A stretch of DNA of 63,783 nucleotides, the filler included, from Choristocarpus tenellus KU-1152 (lineage: Eukaryota; Protista; Phaeophyceae): the NCBI GenBank assembly GCA_964200185.2. It is 7 parts of 7 records of this genome, joined end to end, with 100 filler letters (N's around TTAATTAATTAA, not from the genome) between each part and the next. Parts side by side here need not be neighbours in the genome. Positions count along the whole stretch, not along the records: positions 38,909 to 45,902 come from CAXNAD020006903.1; positions 46,003 to 49,869 come from CAXNAD020017495.1; positions 49,970 to 53,344 come from CAXNAD020020451.1; positions 53,445 to 63,783 come from CAXNAD020002981.1; 3 more parts are not named here. One strand, 5' to 3'. Below, one piece after another: positions 45,330 to 58,120 of this stretch. The position numbers and the translations under genes are program-made. Positions within the stretch are counted from its first letter, which is position 1. Every line of letters starts with the position of its first letter. The notes below the pieces were generated by a model. The model was not told the DNA's origin, made no database searches, and saw only the letters and a program-made list of their open reading frames with translations.

Positions 45330-45706
45330 GTGGGGGGGGTTTGCGGTTTCATTTTTTTCTTTTTTTAGTTTGTAGAGACTAGAAAAATATATATATATTG
45401 TAATTAGCAAGTGGTTGTTTGGTGCCATGTGATGTGGCGCGGACGCGAGAGGAGTAAGCAGTCAGGGATAGGGTTGTGTCTGTGTTGTATGTGTGTTATA
45501 CGTGTGTTATGTTGTGTATTGTGTTGTTGTGAGTGTTATATGTGTTGTGTGTGTGTTATGTTATGTGTATTATGTGGGTTGTGTATTGTTGTGTATTGTG
45601 TTGTGTGTGTGCGTAGTGGGTGTTATGTTATGTGTGTTGTGTTACGTATGTTGTATGTGTTTGTTTTGTTGTTTCGTTGAAAGAGAATATTAACCTTTTT
45701 TGTGTA

Positions 45707-45743
<37 letters not shown>

Positions 45744-46002
45744 TTTGATGGTTATGGACGCTTTCAGAAAGTACACTACTCTTTGGGGATTATAGGGTTA
45801 GAGAGAGGTGGCGAAGGGTAGAGATTTTTTGTTAATGTCTGAGTGGTTGAAGGGAGTGGGATGAAAGTTTTTGTGGGCCAGGGTGTGGGGAGGGGGGAAG
45901 GGNNNNNNNNNNNNNNNNNNNNNNNNNNNNNNNNNNNNNNNNNNNNTTAATTAATTAANNNNNNNNNNNNNNNNNNNNNNNNNNNNNNNNNNNNNNNNNN
46001 NN

Positions 46003-46145
46003 TCCTTGGCCAGTTCCTTCTCCTTGCGACGAACCTATTTTTTTTAGTTGGGAGACAGAGAGGGGGTGGGGGAGGGCATTGGAATGGGGGGGGCAGTGGT
46101 CACCCTAATTAATGGTGTCCCATTACTATACCAATCTTCGCACAA

Positions 46146-46178
<33 letters not shown>

Positions 46179-49100
46179 CAAAAAAATAGTAACACCAGTA
46201 AGTGGTGCATCCGGGCACGTTTACTATCAGCACATTCTGGGTAAGGCAAGTGCACCAGATGGATAACACAAGTCCACCGGACAAGGAGATATCAAAGGGA
46301 TAATTTCGATTTCATACTCCAGAGTACTTTGAAATATCAACCTGTTTATACTACTTTGAAACATCAACATATTTATACTGAGGTAAACCACACCAATGGT
46401 GCTCTCAATGGCGATTTTATCCTTGAAGACAGCAAGACAACCGTGGAACACTTAGTGCACAATCACATCTTCGCCTTTACAGAGGTGGGGGGAGGGGGGA
46501 GGGGGATGGTTTTGGAAGAAGAGTCATGCTGTGTGTTGGTATATAATATAAGTGGTAAATACCATAAGTGGTACATAATTTAAGTGGTACGTGAACAAAA
46601 CAGAAGTGGTCCAGTAAAAAATAATAATAAATAATGCACGATTTCCTATGCACTGCAGACAAATTACACTTAAGCCAAAAAAAATGAAAGGGCGATAGAG
46701 GTATGTCGCACAGATGGCTAAGAGTCAAATATAGGCCCTTCTATTGCTCATCTATTCCTCTTCATATTATGACCCCTACCTACCCCCTGAATACCAACTC
46801 CAGGTTGTAAACAATTCATCACGTATGTCCCGCTGTATTTGGAAATAACAAAAAAACAATGAATCACTCCTTGTGTATCATGGTGAATTGTGTAGTCAGT
46901 ATCAAGTGAAACAAAAAAAATATTCCTCTGCGACTAAAGATTACTTCATTATTGAAACATAAATTCAGCCCAATCCAACAGTGTGACAGATTCATATTTA
47001 CCATGCCCCTCTAACCATCAGAACATCACCAGGAATAACGCCTCCAAGTAACCCACAACCAACCCTAACCCTAACCCTGACCCTAAGGTGCATGTTCCAT
47101 GTAGAGTAATCTGCACAGTGAATCTTGAATTTGATGTATCACAAGCACCAAAACAAAAAAATCATGCTAAAAAAGACACAATTCGAGAAATATTCCAACG
47201 TGTCCTATTGGGCCATTACAACATGGAGAGCATTTGATTGGTCCAAATGTTGCTGCTCGCCGCTCTCACCTCATGGTAGTAGTCAAGGGCAAAGCGGAAG
47301 TCCTTACCCTGACGCCTGAGGATGGTGTTCCTATCTGTGCACCGAATCTCCCTGGCCCGTATCTGCCTAACCAACGCCTTGTCAGCTTTTAGAAAGGTCG
47401 GATCCACCGGGGCAACCTCACTATCATCCACCATACCCCTAGAGATTGGTGCAGAAAAGGCAGTGTATAGCGCGGATTTGGTGGTCGTGGATAGTGATTT
47501 CAACACTAAAAACGATGTAGAGGGGATAGGGTACATCCAATTGGCTTAATGGAAAACCACGGCTATTCTATTGGTGTAAATATTGCCCTATTACACAGAA
47601 CTCTACATTGGGTCAGTCTGCAGATGGGGACTGAAGAAATAGTTGACGGTCCTGGACCACACCTTTAACTAACTAACTAACTAACTAACAATAACAGCCC
47701 TTGATTGGACCTTTCATATACATTACCAACTGGGCAGCAGTCTGGGTAGGAGGTCTTGAAACGCTCAGTAGCCTGGAAGCAAAACTGACATAACCCTACA
47801 TGTTTTACAGCTGCCTATCCGAATCAAAACCCGCCAAGTTCAACATCTCATATACTGAGTGAATATATTAAATATATATATATCAACATCTCATATACTG
47901 AGTTAATGTATTTAATATATATCAATATACATATACTTCACTCAGCCCCAACCAGGCTGGTTTGCCTACATACAACAAAATTGTATAATAAAAAAAAATA
48001 AAAAATAAAAAAAACACACACACACAAATAAACAAAAGTAGAGGAAAAAATATTTAAATGATATCCCCATTGAAAAGTAACTCATGTCTGAACTGGCCCT
48101 ACGAACTTGATCAGCGAGGTACACTCACGCTGCCCCGATAACAAGTCAATCACACCCCAGACTGGACCATTCATTTATCACTATACCTTGGGGACTATCC
48201 CAGCCTGTGATCAGAGGCACTCCACACTGCACTAATTCTCAATACTACCTACAGAGTTGACTGTATCACTATGGCAAATTGCAATAACTGACTGCAGCAT
48301 TATAACAAATTCTCCTAGCTGACTGTATCAATATGACAAATTGCACTGAGTGTCTTTGTGTTTGATAGTGCCTAGGTTGCCACATGCAGTGTCCAACCAT
48401 CCCACTATTTCTCACTGATCCTCCTCCCTTGAAGCTTGTGTTGGACACACCTCTCAGTATCACTTAGCAATATAGTCTCAACACCTCATATTAGGCTCTC
48501 CGTGAATTTCTTTACAGCAACAGAGAGGATAGTACTGGAGTAAAATCTGCGATACTAGTCAAGTGGAGTTTGGATAATCAAAACCTGGTTTCCCTGACAT
48601 GTGAGAGAAATCTGGTGTTGAGGAGGTTCAAACCCGTCGCTATTAACAGAGGGAACACTACCCATATGCCACTGAACTATAAGGATTTACAAAAAATAGT
48701 GGTCCAGGGCTGGACCTTTAACAGACTACTGTGGTCTGGACTAGACCTTCCACAAACATGATCTGAAGGACTAGACCTTTAACAACCTTTCACAACCTTT
48801 AACAACCTTTCATAACCTTTAACAACCTGTCACAACCTTTAACAACATTTAACAACCTTTCATAACCTTTCATAACCTTTAACAACCTTTCATAACCTTT
48901 AACAACCTTTAACAACCTTTAACAACCTTTCACAACCTTTCATAACCTTTAACATCCTTTCACAACCTTTAACAACATTTAACAACCTTTCATAACCTTT
49001 AACATCCTTTAACAACCTTTCATAACCTTTCATAACCTTTAACAACCTTTCATAACCTGTCACAACCTTTCACAACTGCTCGGTTCAATGTATAGCACCA

Positions 49101-49869
49101 ATATAGGAATGACTTGAGCTCTTTCAATTGTTTGCTAAAAAAAAAAAGTGGAAAATATTGTTCTTTCAACAACCTTTTTTTATTCTATCCGTTGTTGGTA
49201 AGCAGTGGCTAACTATCACTGCTGATCAGTAGAATCATATTTTTTTAATGCAATGCAACAGAGAGAGAAGACTCGTGAGGAATTCAGCACCAGCTAAGGT
49301 GTTCCAAAAAGCAAGACATTTCAAGAGTAAGCAACCCCACACAAGAAACACAGGTGCGCCACACTGCCCCCACATAGATAATAGTGTACGGTTGAACTAG
49401 GAACTCCACAGTCCTTCACATCAGGCTATTCATTCCATCCTTCCTCCCCCTTCGCCTGTACCCTCAACCCCAATAAAGAAAATATAAACCTTGGATTCCC
49501 CTTATAAATAAGCAAAAAACTCCCAACCCCACACCTCCCAACCATCAATCCACGCTGGCAAGACGTCATGAGGTCCAACCCATAAAATCAATCCCCAACC
49601 ACAACCCCCAAACACCTGCAATTCTGGAACCACCTCATCCCCATCCAAAACCATATCAAAACAGTCTAACGGCGACTAATCAATTCCTGCACCAAGAGAC
49701 ATACACAGCACTCACGTCACAATAGTCTGTCTCTTGTGAGATAAACGCTTCACCCTTAGCTCCAGGACCTTGTCCCGAGATATCCCTCCCATGCTCTCCT
49801 CCCCCCGCCTTCCCCCAGGTAACAGTGGTGCCGGTCGAAGGAGTCCTGCCCTCCCCCCACCCCCTCCAC
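46003..49869 (-). CDS. CDC73: CDC73/parafibromin (PAF1 complex), three internal exons, truncated at both contig ends
   Basis: Exons ~49869-49716 (..SMGGISRDKVLELRVKRLSHKRQTIVT), 47438-47270 (GMVDDSEVAPVDPTFLKADKALVRQIRAREIRCTDRNTILRRQGKDFRFALDYYHE) and 46034-46003 (VRRKEKELAK) join in phase with GT-AG sites. They resemble the CDC73 segments [21 protein letters not shown] and [24 protein letters not shown]. Confidence 0.82.
48775..49075. repeat. 10-bp minisatellite (aacaaccttt / cataaccttt / cacaaccttt) in a CDC73 intron
   Basis: About 30 consecutive 10-mers sharing the (a)accttt core. Confidence 0.97.
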
Positions 49870-50973
49870 NNNNNNNNNNNNNNNNNNNNNNNNNNNNNNN
49901 NNNNNNNNNNNNNTTAATTAATTAANNNNNNNNNNNNNNNNNNNNNNNNNNNNNNNNNNNNNNNNNNNNCACCGAACCTTTCCGATTTTTTTAGACACAA
50001 CAACCCTTCCAACCCATTTCCCCCCATTCCCCCCCCCCCCCCCAAACCTACACAAAGAAAAGTATCCGACCTGAAACAAAACAAAACAAAACAAAAACAA
50101 AACAAGATCTGCATTACTTGAAGACAAGACAATACAATACACACACTCTCTTCCACATTCTTTTGTTTTAAATCTACATAAGGAGCACATAAAGAACTCT
50201 AGACCATTCACCAACCCCTTCACCTCTCCCGCTTCCCCACACTCCCATCCATATTCAGTAGGTGCACTAGTGTAGTGCTAGTCAAACACAGAGATATGCT
50301 AGTGGTATAGTGGTATTTGACAGCAAACAAAGAAAACCTACCATGTCAACCATCATGATGAACAGAGATGGTGAACAGAGATTGCAGACTGCAAACAACG
50401 GTGGGATGGTTGGGGGATGGTGGGCCTAGATAGAGACCATCCAGGTCAAGGTTCAGGAGGCTCATGGCTACTGGAACTACTGTGCCAAATGGACTAGATG
50501 GCGTGAAGGAGTGGTTGTACATTGTAGATCAGGGAGTTTACCCCTAACCCTAACCCTAACCCTAAACCACTCGATAGTAGCTGCACAACAGGCTGAATAA
50601 AAAAACATCTCACAAGTAGATCAGAGCATAATTTTCATCAAAAATAAGGAAAAAAAAAAATACAAACATGGAATATATACGTCAAATAATATTTTACTTT
50701 TTCTTATCAAAACCCCCCTCTTTTCTCATTCGTTTCAGAAGTGAAAAAAAAAGTAACTCAAAATAATTCAAAAAAACAAAAAAAATAAAATTAAAAATCA
50801 ACAACAGTACTCCATCCTTCAATAAAACCTCAAACGCCCTTACACTAACCACAATTCACACACACATACACACAAATAGACATACTCTGTACCAATTGAA
50901 CTTCGACAGTTTCTACTCTTATTTTGTATACAAACAGAACACATACATAACACACACATAATACACACATATA

Positions 50974-51005
<32 letters not shown>

Positions 51006-51719
51006 CCAACATATATATATACATACATACATAAGTTTGTGCAAACATACACAAGGAAAGTAACACTACCCTGCTGACAGACGGAATATCTCTACTCCAC
51101 TAACCTACATCGACAATCAGCATATATTTAACTACCTAACCTATATTACAAAACACACATAACATACCACCAGCACTAAATCAATTAACGCCTCCATCCA
51201 ACATCCACTAAGCAACAAAAAAAAATGTCAGTGGACACGCACACATCCCTTCAGAACAACAATTTCGAGATCAAATCTGGAGATTTACACCCAACCAGGT
51301 ATTGGGAATTTCAGCACATCGATAAGACGGTATGCATTATACCGCCAATTTGCATACATACCAACAACAGTATCACTCTTGAACTCATACCGTCGTTGTT
51401 TCTTTCACAGGCAGTCATACCATTCCACCGACACTGGAAATTGCACTATTATTATTATTACCTCAATACATACACATACACAAGCACACACACACAGACA
51501 CACAGACACTACTCGGAAACATTTACACAAAAATACACATACACATTTTCAAGGATTTTTTTCTTCTCTCCTTGAGTTACAAACAATAAAATAAAAATCA
51601 TCACTACTTCACCATCCGCAACAGAAAATTATCGAAATTTATTTTTTCTTACTCAGTTTTTTATTTCATTTGTGTATATATATATATATGTATGCATGTA
51701 TGTATGTATATATACTCAC

Positions 51720-53131
51720 CTTTGTTATCATCTCTGTCACTGGGTGTTCCACCTGCAGGCGTGGGTTTAGCTCCAAGAAGTAGAACTTTTGATCATCCAG
51801 CGTATAAAGGTACTCCACAGTCCCTGCATTGCAGTAGCCCACCTAGAATAAATACCCCCCCCCCCCCCCCCCCCACCACCCCACCAAACAACACAAAAAA
51901 AANNNNNNNNNNAAAAAAAAAGAAAAACATCACCCCACACCCCCCCCCCCCCCCCCCCCACACACACACACAAAACAAAAACAAACACACGCACAAACTA
52001 TAAAAAATAATGTTACATTTAAATTGAAATACTACTTAAAACATGCAAAATGTGTGCTGCAAGCATCTCGAATAATATAATAAACGGAGATAATATATAT
52101 TATATAGATAATACAATAATAATAGTCAAGTAAGAATACAAGAGATAACAATATGATCATATAATAATATAAGAGAAAAATATAATAATACAAGAGATAA
52201 TTTAAGAATATAATACTATATAATAAGAAGAGATCCAGCTCTCTGCACTGCACCCTCCAGACCTTGTCCACAATTTACATGACCCTCCTGGGCAGACTGG
52301 GCCATGTACCATGTACCTTAAATTGTCTCATCCGAAGGCACCTGATCACCCCCCATCAAAAAGCATCTCACCCGGAGTGCCCTGGAGCACCCGGAGTGCC
52401 CTGGAGCCTAGCCCCTTCAATGTTCTTCGACTCCGGGTCACAACCTATATTAAGTCAATACTATTTTTTCTGAAATCAACCACCTATATACTATCATTTT
52501 TCAACTTTAAAAGTCACAGGCTTGTTCATACAAGATTGACCTTCATACTACATTATATATATATATATATATTATTTTTTAAGTTGTTTTTTAAATCACT
52601 AAAAAAAGAACAGTACACCACCATACTTCAGCGCTAGACCAACCCATCCCGGCCCCTCCAAAACAGTTCTCACTCAAGCCACCAACAGTCCAGCCTGGTT
52701 TAATTAATCCCTCAAGGACCGTGGTCTGTCCTGTCCCTCCTAAAACATTAATTTCATTTTGCTGAGTCAGCTGAAGGCCTGGTTACAATATCCAACGCTC
52801 TGCTTCTGGTCCATAACCCTGACAGGAGGATACTCTTACCCCCATCACAGTTTCCTACAATTCTTTATTTTCAGAATAATAAAGCCCCACCAAAGTTGTA
52901 GTCTCTACATAACTAGACTTAAATACACAAACACACACATACATAACACACACATACATAACACACACATACATAACACATACATAACACACACACCTCC
53001 TTAGCCAGGCTGACCGCTGATCGTTCCATGCATGCCCAGACATCAGGGGAGGCAACAACAGGAGGACCCTCCTCAATGATCTTCTGATGTCGCCTCTGCA
53101 CAGAACAGTCACGACCATTCAGTGCAATGGC
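51720..53131 (-). CDS. ACC: Acetyl-CoA carboxylase (eukaryotic multidomain type), two biotin-carboxylase-domain exons
   Basis: Exon 53131-52997 [45 protein letters not shown] and exon 51842-51720 [41 protein letters not shown]. Both are phase 0 with GT-AG sites. Signature motifs [15 protein letters not shown] and [13 protein letters not shown] are present. Confidence 0.95.
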
Positions 53132-54496
53132 CTACAGACAGATACGACCATTAGTGCAGACAAAATTTTGCAAGCAGGATGAGGGGGCGGATGGGGGGTA
53201 GTTAGTGATAGCATAATAACAAAAAAATAATGGTCTATTGCTTCACATTGAAGCAGTGTCTGGGGTGAGATTGTTGGAGGAGGGGAGGGGGGAGGGGGGA
53301 AGACGAAGGGTAAGAACCTCACACCTTGACCAATAAAACACTTCNNNNNNNNNNNNNNNNNNNNNNNNNNNNNNNNNNNNNNNNNNNNTTAATTAATTAA
53401 NNNNNNNNNNNNNNNNNNNNNNNNNNNNNNNNNNNNNNNNNNNNCGAAGAGAAAATCCATGTGCCCCCCCCCCCCCTCCCATACGTGATCCTTACAACAA
53501 TAAAATTGCACACTTGCAAACGACTGCAGATCACACAGTAGAACCTCCTCGTCCTACAGGGACAAAGCTTAAGTGTGTGAGACCAACCAGGGGGGGGAGG
53601 GGGGGGGGGAGGGGTATATAAGGCAACGTTGTTACAGGATCACTCTTGTACCTGCTTTAGGGAATCTCAATTCTTTTGGATCTGACTAGGTCATTGTTGA
53701 AGGAAGCAGGCTACAGAAACGAGCTGGCTCTCTTCACTGCCATCTTCATGTCACAACTAGTATTGATGCACACAGTGAAGTCTTGATAGGGTTCCAGTAG
53801 AGTTGGGGGGGAATGGAATGACTGTGCAAGAAACAGTTTCAACAGCATTAAAAAATACATATTTCTCCATTATAGGTAAATGTCGTGTAACATCATACAG
53901 TTCCACCCACCGATCAATTTCTAAATCAAGGGTACTTGAAATAGATCTTGAGCCTAGTTGACAGCTTGCCCCAAAATAAACGCTGTATTTCAACTGTATG
54001 CACACAGCGTCTAACAGAGATTAGACTGAGATTACAGTGGCCAGAAGTCTACAAGTTGTAATTGCCCCATTCAGCATCAGTTTGAGCACCTTGTGGGGCA
54101 GGCTACAAATGCACACACAAGATGGCGCCAGGTTTTGCTAAGATTTTTGGACAAGATCATCATGGGTCACTGCAAGACCCCTGCGAAAAATATACTAGAA
54201 AGCTAATTGCATATTGTGCATTTATAGCGTGCCCCAAAAACAGTTTCAAACCGATGCCAACAAGGTAACGTAGTCTCTCTCTCTCTCTCTCTCTGTCTCT
54301 CTAGCGCTCTTTTTCCTATTCGTGTTTTTGTAGTTTAGTACTGTAGGGGAGTATCCAAAGAGGAACCTCTAGGGAGATTGAACATACAGTCCAATTCATC
54401 AATAGGTTGGTCCAAAGATTGCTTCTAGCCCGTTTCATTAGAAGTGAAAAAAAAAAGACAAGACCATTCATTGGGTCCGCTGCTGAGATCACTCAC

Positions 54497-55808
54497 CGTG
54501 CGAAGATGAGAAGGTTGTCCAGAATCTGACCCACACATTGACCCTTGTTCCTCAGGGCACCTCGGGGGAAAGGAAGGTTGGTGGGCATGGGTATGGAGGG
54601 CATGGGAGTGCCCTTGAGCATGGGCGCCCACAAGGTTGTCCTCGTCCATGACCCTTCCACTGGAAATATTCTCTACAACTTCTTCCATCAGAAACACCAA
54701 GATGAAGCCCAGTGAGGTGAAAAAGAACGAAAACTGCAGTCATTTTGTATTGTCAATCAGGGTCGTGCGAGGTTTGGGGGGGGTGTGATTAGATGCACTA
54801 CATGCGTATATTAGATGGAGGAAACGGTAGGTTCACGATGCATGTGGAAATGCTACAACGCCGAGCAACTCAACATACCAGTGTTTGTTTGGTTGAACCT
54901 ACAACAACTGAAGGAATCAATAAACTTAAACATCAAAACCGAGTTGGGGCGGGGAAGGACCAACAGAAACAAAGTTTGAGCACGTTTGGGTCATGAGTGT
55001 GTCTTCGGTTCTGCTTTACGTCCTGAACCTGCAAAGGGAACAGTAACAGTAACCCCGCAACACCTTCTTCGACTTGCCTCGAAACCCCATCTATCACTTA
55101 GGTCCTTGAGGCTGTCCTGGGAATCTGGCAGGAGGTGCATAAAACCCGCTGCTATAAAGACACCCCCTGACGACACATTCAAGACAGAGAGCCAGGGGTT
55201 GCTGTTTCCTGCTGCCTTTCCCGAACCTGCCCAACCTGCATTGGAAACTGTGGCCATTGGGAGGATGAGCGGGGGTAGTGGTCCGGATTTAAACACTCAA
55301 GTACCTTAATAGCATCGTCATATTTTATCCAACGCTATAATCTCAGATGACCAACTACTGTCAAGAGTAGTATCCCCTCAACCTGACTTGAAGTCTACGC
55401 TTCAAATGGCCAAGGGTTCAAGTAATACCCTGCTAGATTTTTTGGGACATCTGTTGACGGTGATTTATTCCGTGGATTGCTTTAAATTGGTCTGATTCAA
55501 CTATTGCATGTTCTAGCTCCAGGAATCCCTACGAGGTCGTCATTACATATGCCGAGAACCCGAACTCAGAAAATAAGGAAAAGGAAATAATCTGATGACA
55601 AGACAAACCGATCGTTTCCCCTTGAAAATATATGGATTGTAAGGTTTCCCCTCCCAAGAGCTACTAGTTCAGGAGTCATACCTAAATACGGCAAAATGCA
55701 TCCAATTGCGGAAATCGCCCAGATCGATATGATGTAGGCAATCATGCCGACAAAAACACCACTGGGACACAGATCAGCTGGAGGTGCAGATGGACCACAA
55801 TCACCAGC
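54497..55808 (-). CDS. ZIP (Zrt/Irt-like) zinc/iron transporter, N-terminal three exons; C-terminal half not found
   Basis: Exons 55808-55682 (..VGMIAYIISIWAISAIGCILPYLG, TM1), 55235-55078 (..LSVLNVSSGGVFIAAGFMHLLPDSQ.., TM2 ZIP signature) and 54733-54497 (FSFFFTSLGFILVFLMEEVV, then His-rich loop HAQGHSHALHTHAH). Phases are compatible if the second intron starts with GC. The start exon is uncertain (~55940). Confidence 0.85.
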
Positions 55809-56529
55809 CTATTGAAATGATATGCATCTATCACAGAGACAGTCTGGCTGAGATAGGAAGTTAACAACCAACCTCTCATTTCAACCCCCGGTCCACTACC
55901 GGCGCAACTACCAAAAGTGAGTTGAATCCAGCTAGACATCCAGAATTTCAAAATAGGTACACCAAAAAGTAGTTTTCGGGGTAACTCTCATTGTCTTCAT
56001 ATTTTTATTATCAGAAATATTATGTATAGTTGATGTACCTATATAAGAGAGGGTAGAGACAAGGAGAAAACCCTCTACTTTATGTCCCCGAACGATGACA
56101 GAGCAACACCCTTGCTATATGTGCTTCCCATGTGCCTTCAAGAGTAGATGCGTGTAGATATGTAATGAACATTGCCCTCGGTGAGTCCATTTCGATGAAG
56201 CTGGTGCAGCAAGCACCACATCTACATCGCCCCTACACAGTATACCAGTGTCGTATGTATATCGTACTGTAACTTTCGTAAATTACACTCATTACGATGT
56301 ATTCACTCATATGTATAGTACAGAAAAGCATCCGCAACCCTTTAGATGGCTGGGCAGACGTATCGAATCAACGTTTAAAGTCAATCTCCCTCCAATGCCC
56401 TGCCCTTTGTATTCAATTGCACTCTACAAGGATATACAGTACAGTATCAAAAATGCCACCTTGGATCAAATGCAGCTGCACCGCCATGCACCTCCCATCG
56501 CACGCACTGAGTAAAACTTATTCACAGTA

Positions 56530-56879
56530 AAAAAATCGCGACTTCCAAACAATCTCGAATGTCCGCTTGTTTGATTGCCCTTACACCGATTTAGCTGACC
56601 GAGCCAGGTTTGCGTTCCGGAGATACTTCAGTAGTACGAAACATCGTTCATGCTGCACTCTTCGACGGTTGTTTCTAAGCTTGCAAACTTGTCAGCTATT
56701 TGAGAGTACGACGGTGGAGAAATCGATAACACCGAAGAGGCTGCTCCTTTCCTCACGGTCCCCGATGCGCTGCCCTCTCCCATAAACCCATCATCATCCT
56801 CGTCAACCGAGTTTTCATTGTCTGACTGGTAGAAGAATTTCTCGTGCAGCTGGTCTTTCGTGTCCTCTAGTATCGCATT
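56530..56879 (-). mobile_element. Probable pogo/Tigger-like transposase C-terminal relic
   Basis: Acidic stretch DNENSVDEDDDG then PPSYSQIADKFASLETTVEECSMNDVSYY, with a frameshift into YLRNANLA. It resembles, from memory, C-termini of algal pogo-like transposases. Cut by the MITE at 56880. Confidence 0.4.
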
Positions 56880-57137
56880 GAGCCAAAGTATCTTAGAGGG
56901 TAGAGCCGTGTCCATTTGGGGCCAACATCCAATGTTGCGATTTTGATGTAATTTTGGCTATCGTTTTTGTTAGGAAGTGTCAATGTCCTTATTGCGGACA
57001 CACCTTTTCATAACGTATACATCTTACCTACTCCGAAATATTTTGGAGTAGGAAAATGTCATTAAAAAATCCGAGAGAAGCCAAGCCCCAAATAGACTAA
57101 CAGGGCATAACTCGTACCCTCTAAGATACTTTCACTC
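56880..57137 (+). mobile_element. MITE family A, 258 bp, no matching TSD, abuts the pogo-like relic
   Basis: gagccaaagtatcttagagggt...accctctaagatactttcactc. Internal palindrome cctactccgaaatattttggagtagg. Flanks att and ttc. Confidence 0.9.
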
Positions 57138-57979
57138 TTCTACGAAATCATAATTTATTCTATAAGGCTACCTATGTGTTACTAATATCGTATATTGTTC
57201 GCACTTTTTAGAACGTGAGAACAATACTCGCACTATTCGCTTGTAACAGAATTACGGTAAGATGTAACCGAAAACAATCGGGACAATGGTTCATGCCTTA
57301 GTGGGTTATTTATTAACAAGTAATATATTGAAGGTCCACATGTGCGGGACATTTTCCTATATTTGTGATAGAGTTTTCTGGGAACATTTTATGTGATTCC
57401 TTTTAGTGTTTCTTTCTAATATTACGATGCAATTTTTCTCTCAACCCTCGTCGTTTACATGAGTGGACATATGTTGCTGTGAAGAGTATTTAGGCTGTCT
57501 GATCTGCTGATAATATACACTCAAGACCTCATAGAGCTTGTTTGGTATACTGACCACGTACCTTTGCTAATGTTACCCTGATCAGCTAGTGTTACCACGT
57601 TTAACATAATACACCTCAACTTGTATCAACGAAGTCGGGTAATATGATAGTGAAATAGTATATTAACATTCACACCAGTTTCCCATTTTGCTCCCAGACC
57701 TCACTTTTTGGTTGATGCCCAATCATGTTTACATGGCTTTGAGGCCCATCAGAAAGGGGGGTGGGTGATAACAAGGCTGTTATCATATCGTTATTGTCGT
57801 ATGCCATATACCAAGAACTGGTTGAACTTCTTTTATAAGAACTTCGATTCAATTATGGAGGATCTTCGGAAGGATTTGTTTCCGTGACTTCCCATGACGT
57901 CTCTTCACGAGCATGTTTTCTGTGGAGGAGAATGTCCCATTTTATGAGGGGTTATTTCCTGAACCCCAACCGAACCGTG

Positions 57980-58120
57980 ATCCTTCCCACTTCGTCGTCA
58001 GTCCATCTCCTCATGTCCAACCTTAACTCATCCTCTGTCTAATGGTTCGTCTTGGTCGTCTGTCTGGTCCATCTTGCCAGGTGATTCTCTTCGCCATTCT
58101 TGTCTCAGTGAACCACTCCC
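57980..58120 (-). mobile_element. Possible RTE-type LINE 3'-end relic
   Basis: RMAKRITWQDGPDRRPRRT resembles the R..K....W..G.R..GRPR.tW motif at RTE ORF2 C-termini. Very short. Confidence 0.28.

Noticed and set aside
44828-45693. Poly-Thr, poly-Leu, poly-Val and Cys/Val-rich ORFs
   Set aside because: These are translations of microsatellites. Only 45209-45329 has splice sites and protein-family similarity.
46383-46484. Exon-like plus-strand frame VNHTNGALNGDFILEDSKTTVEHLVHNHIFAFTE
   Set aside because: It lies antisense inside a CDC73 intron, has a weak acceptor, no partner exons and no recognisable family.
48560-48660. GGTTCAAACCC B-box-like motif suggesting a tRNA or SINE
   Set aside because: No cloverleaf or convincing A-box could be built. 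tRNAscan-SE would be needed.
45209-53131. Apparent lipid-synthesis cluster (malic enzyme near acetyl-CoA carboxylase)
   Set aside because: The exons are on different contigs separated by artificial spacers, with CDC73 in between. Each gene is cut off and does not continue across the spacer, so the proximity is an artefact.
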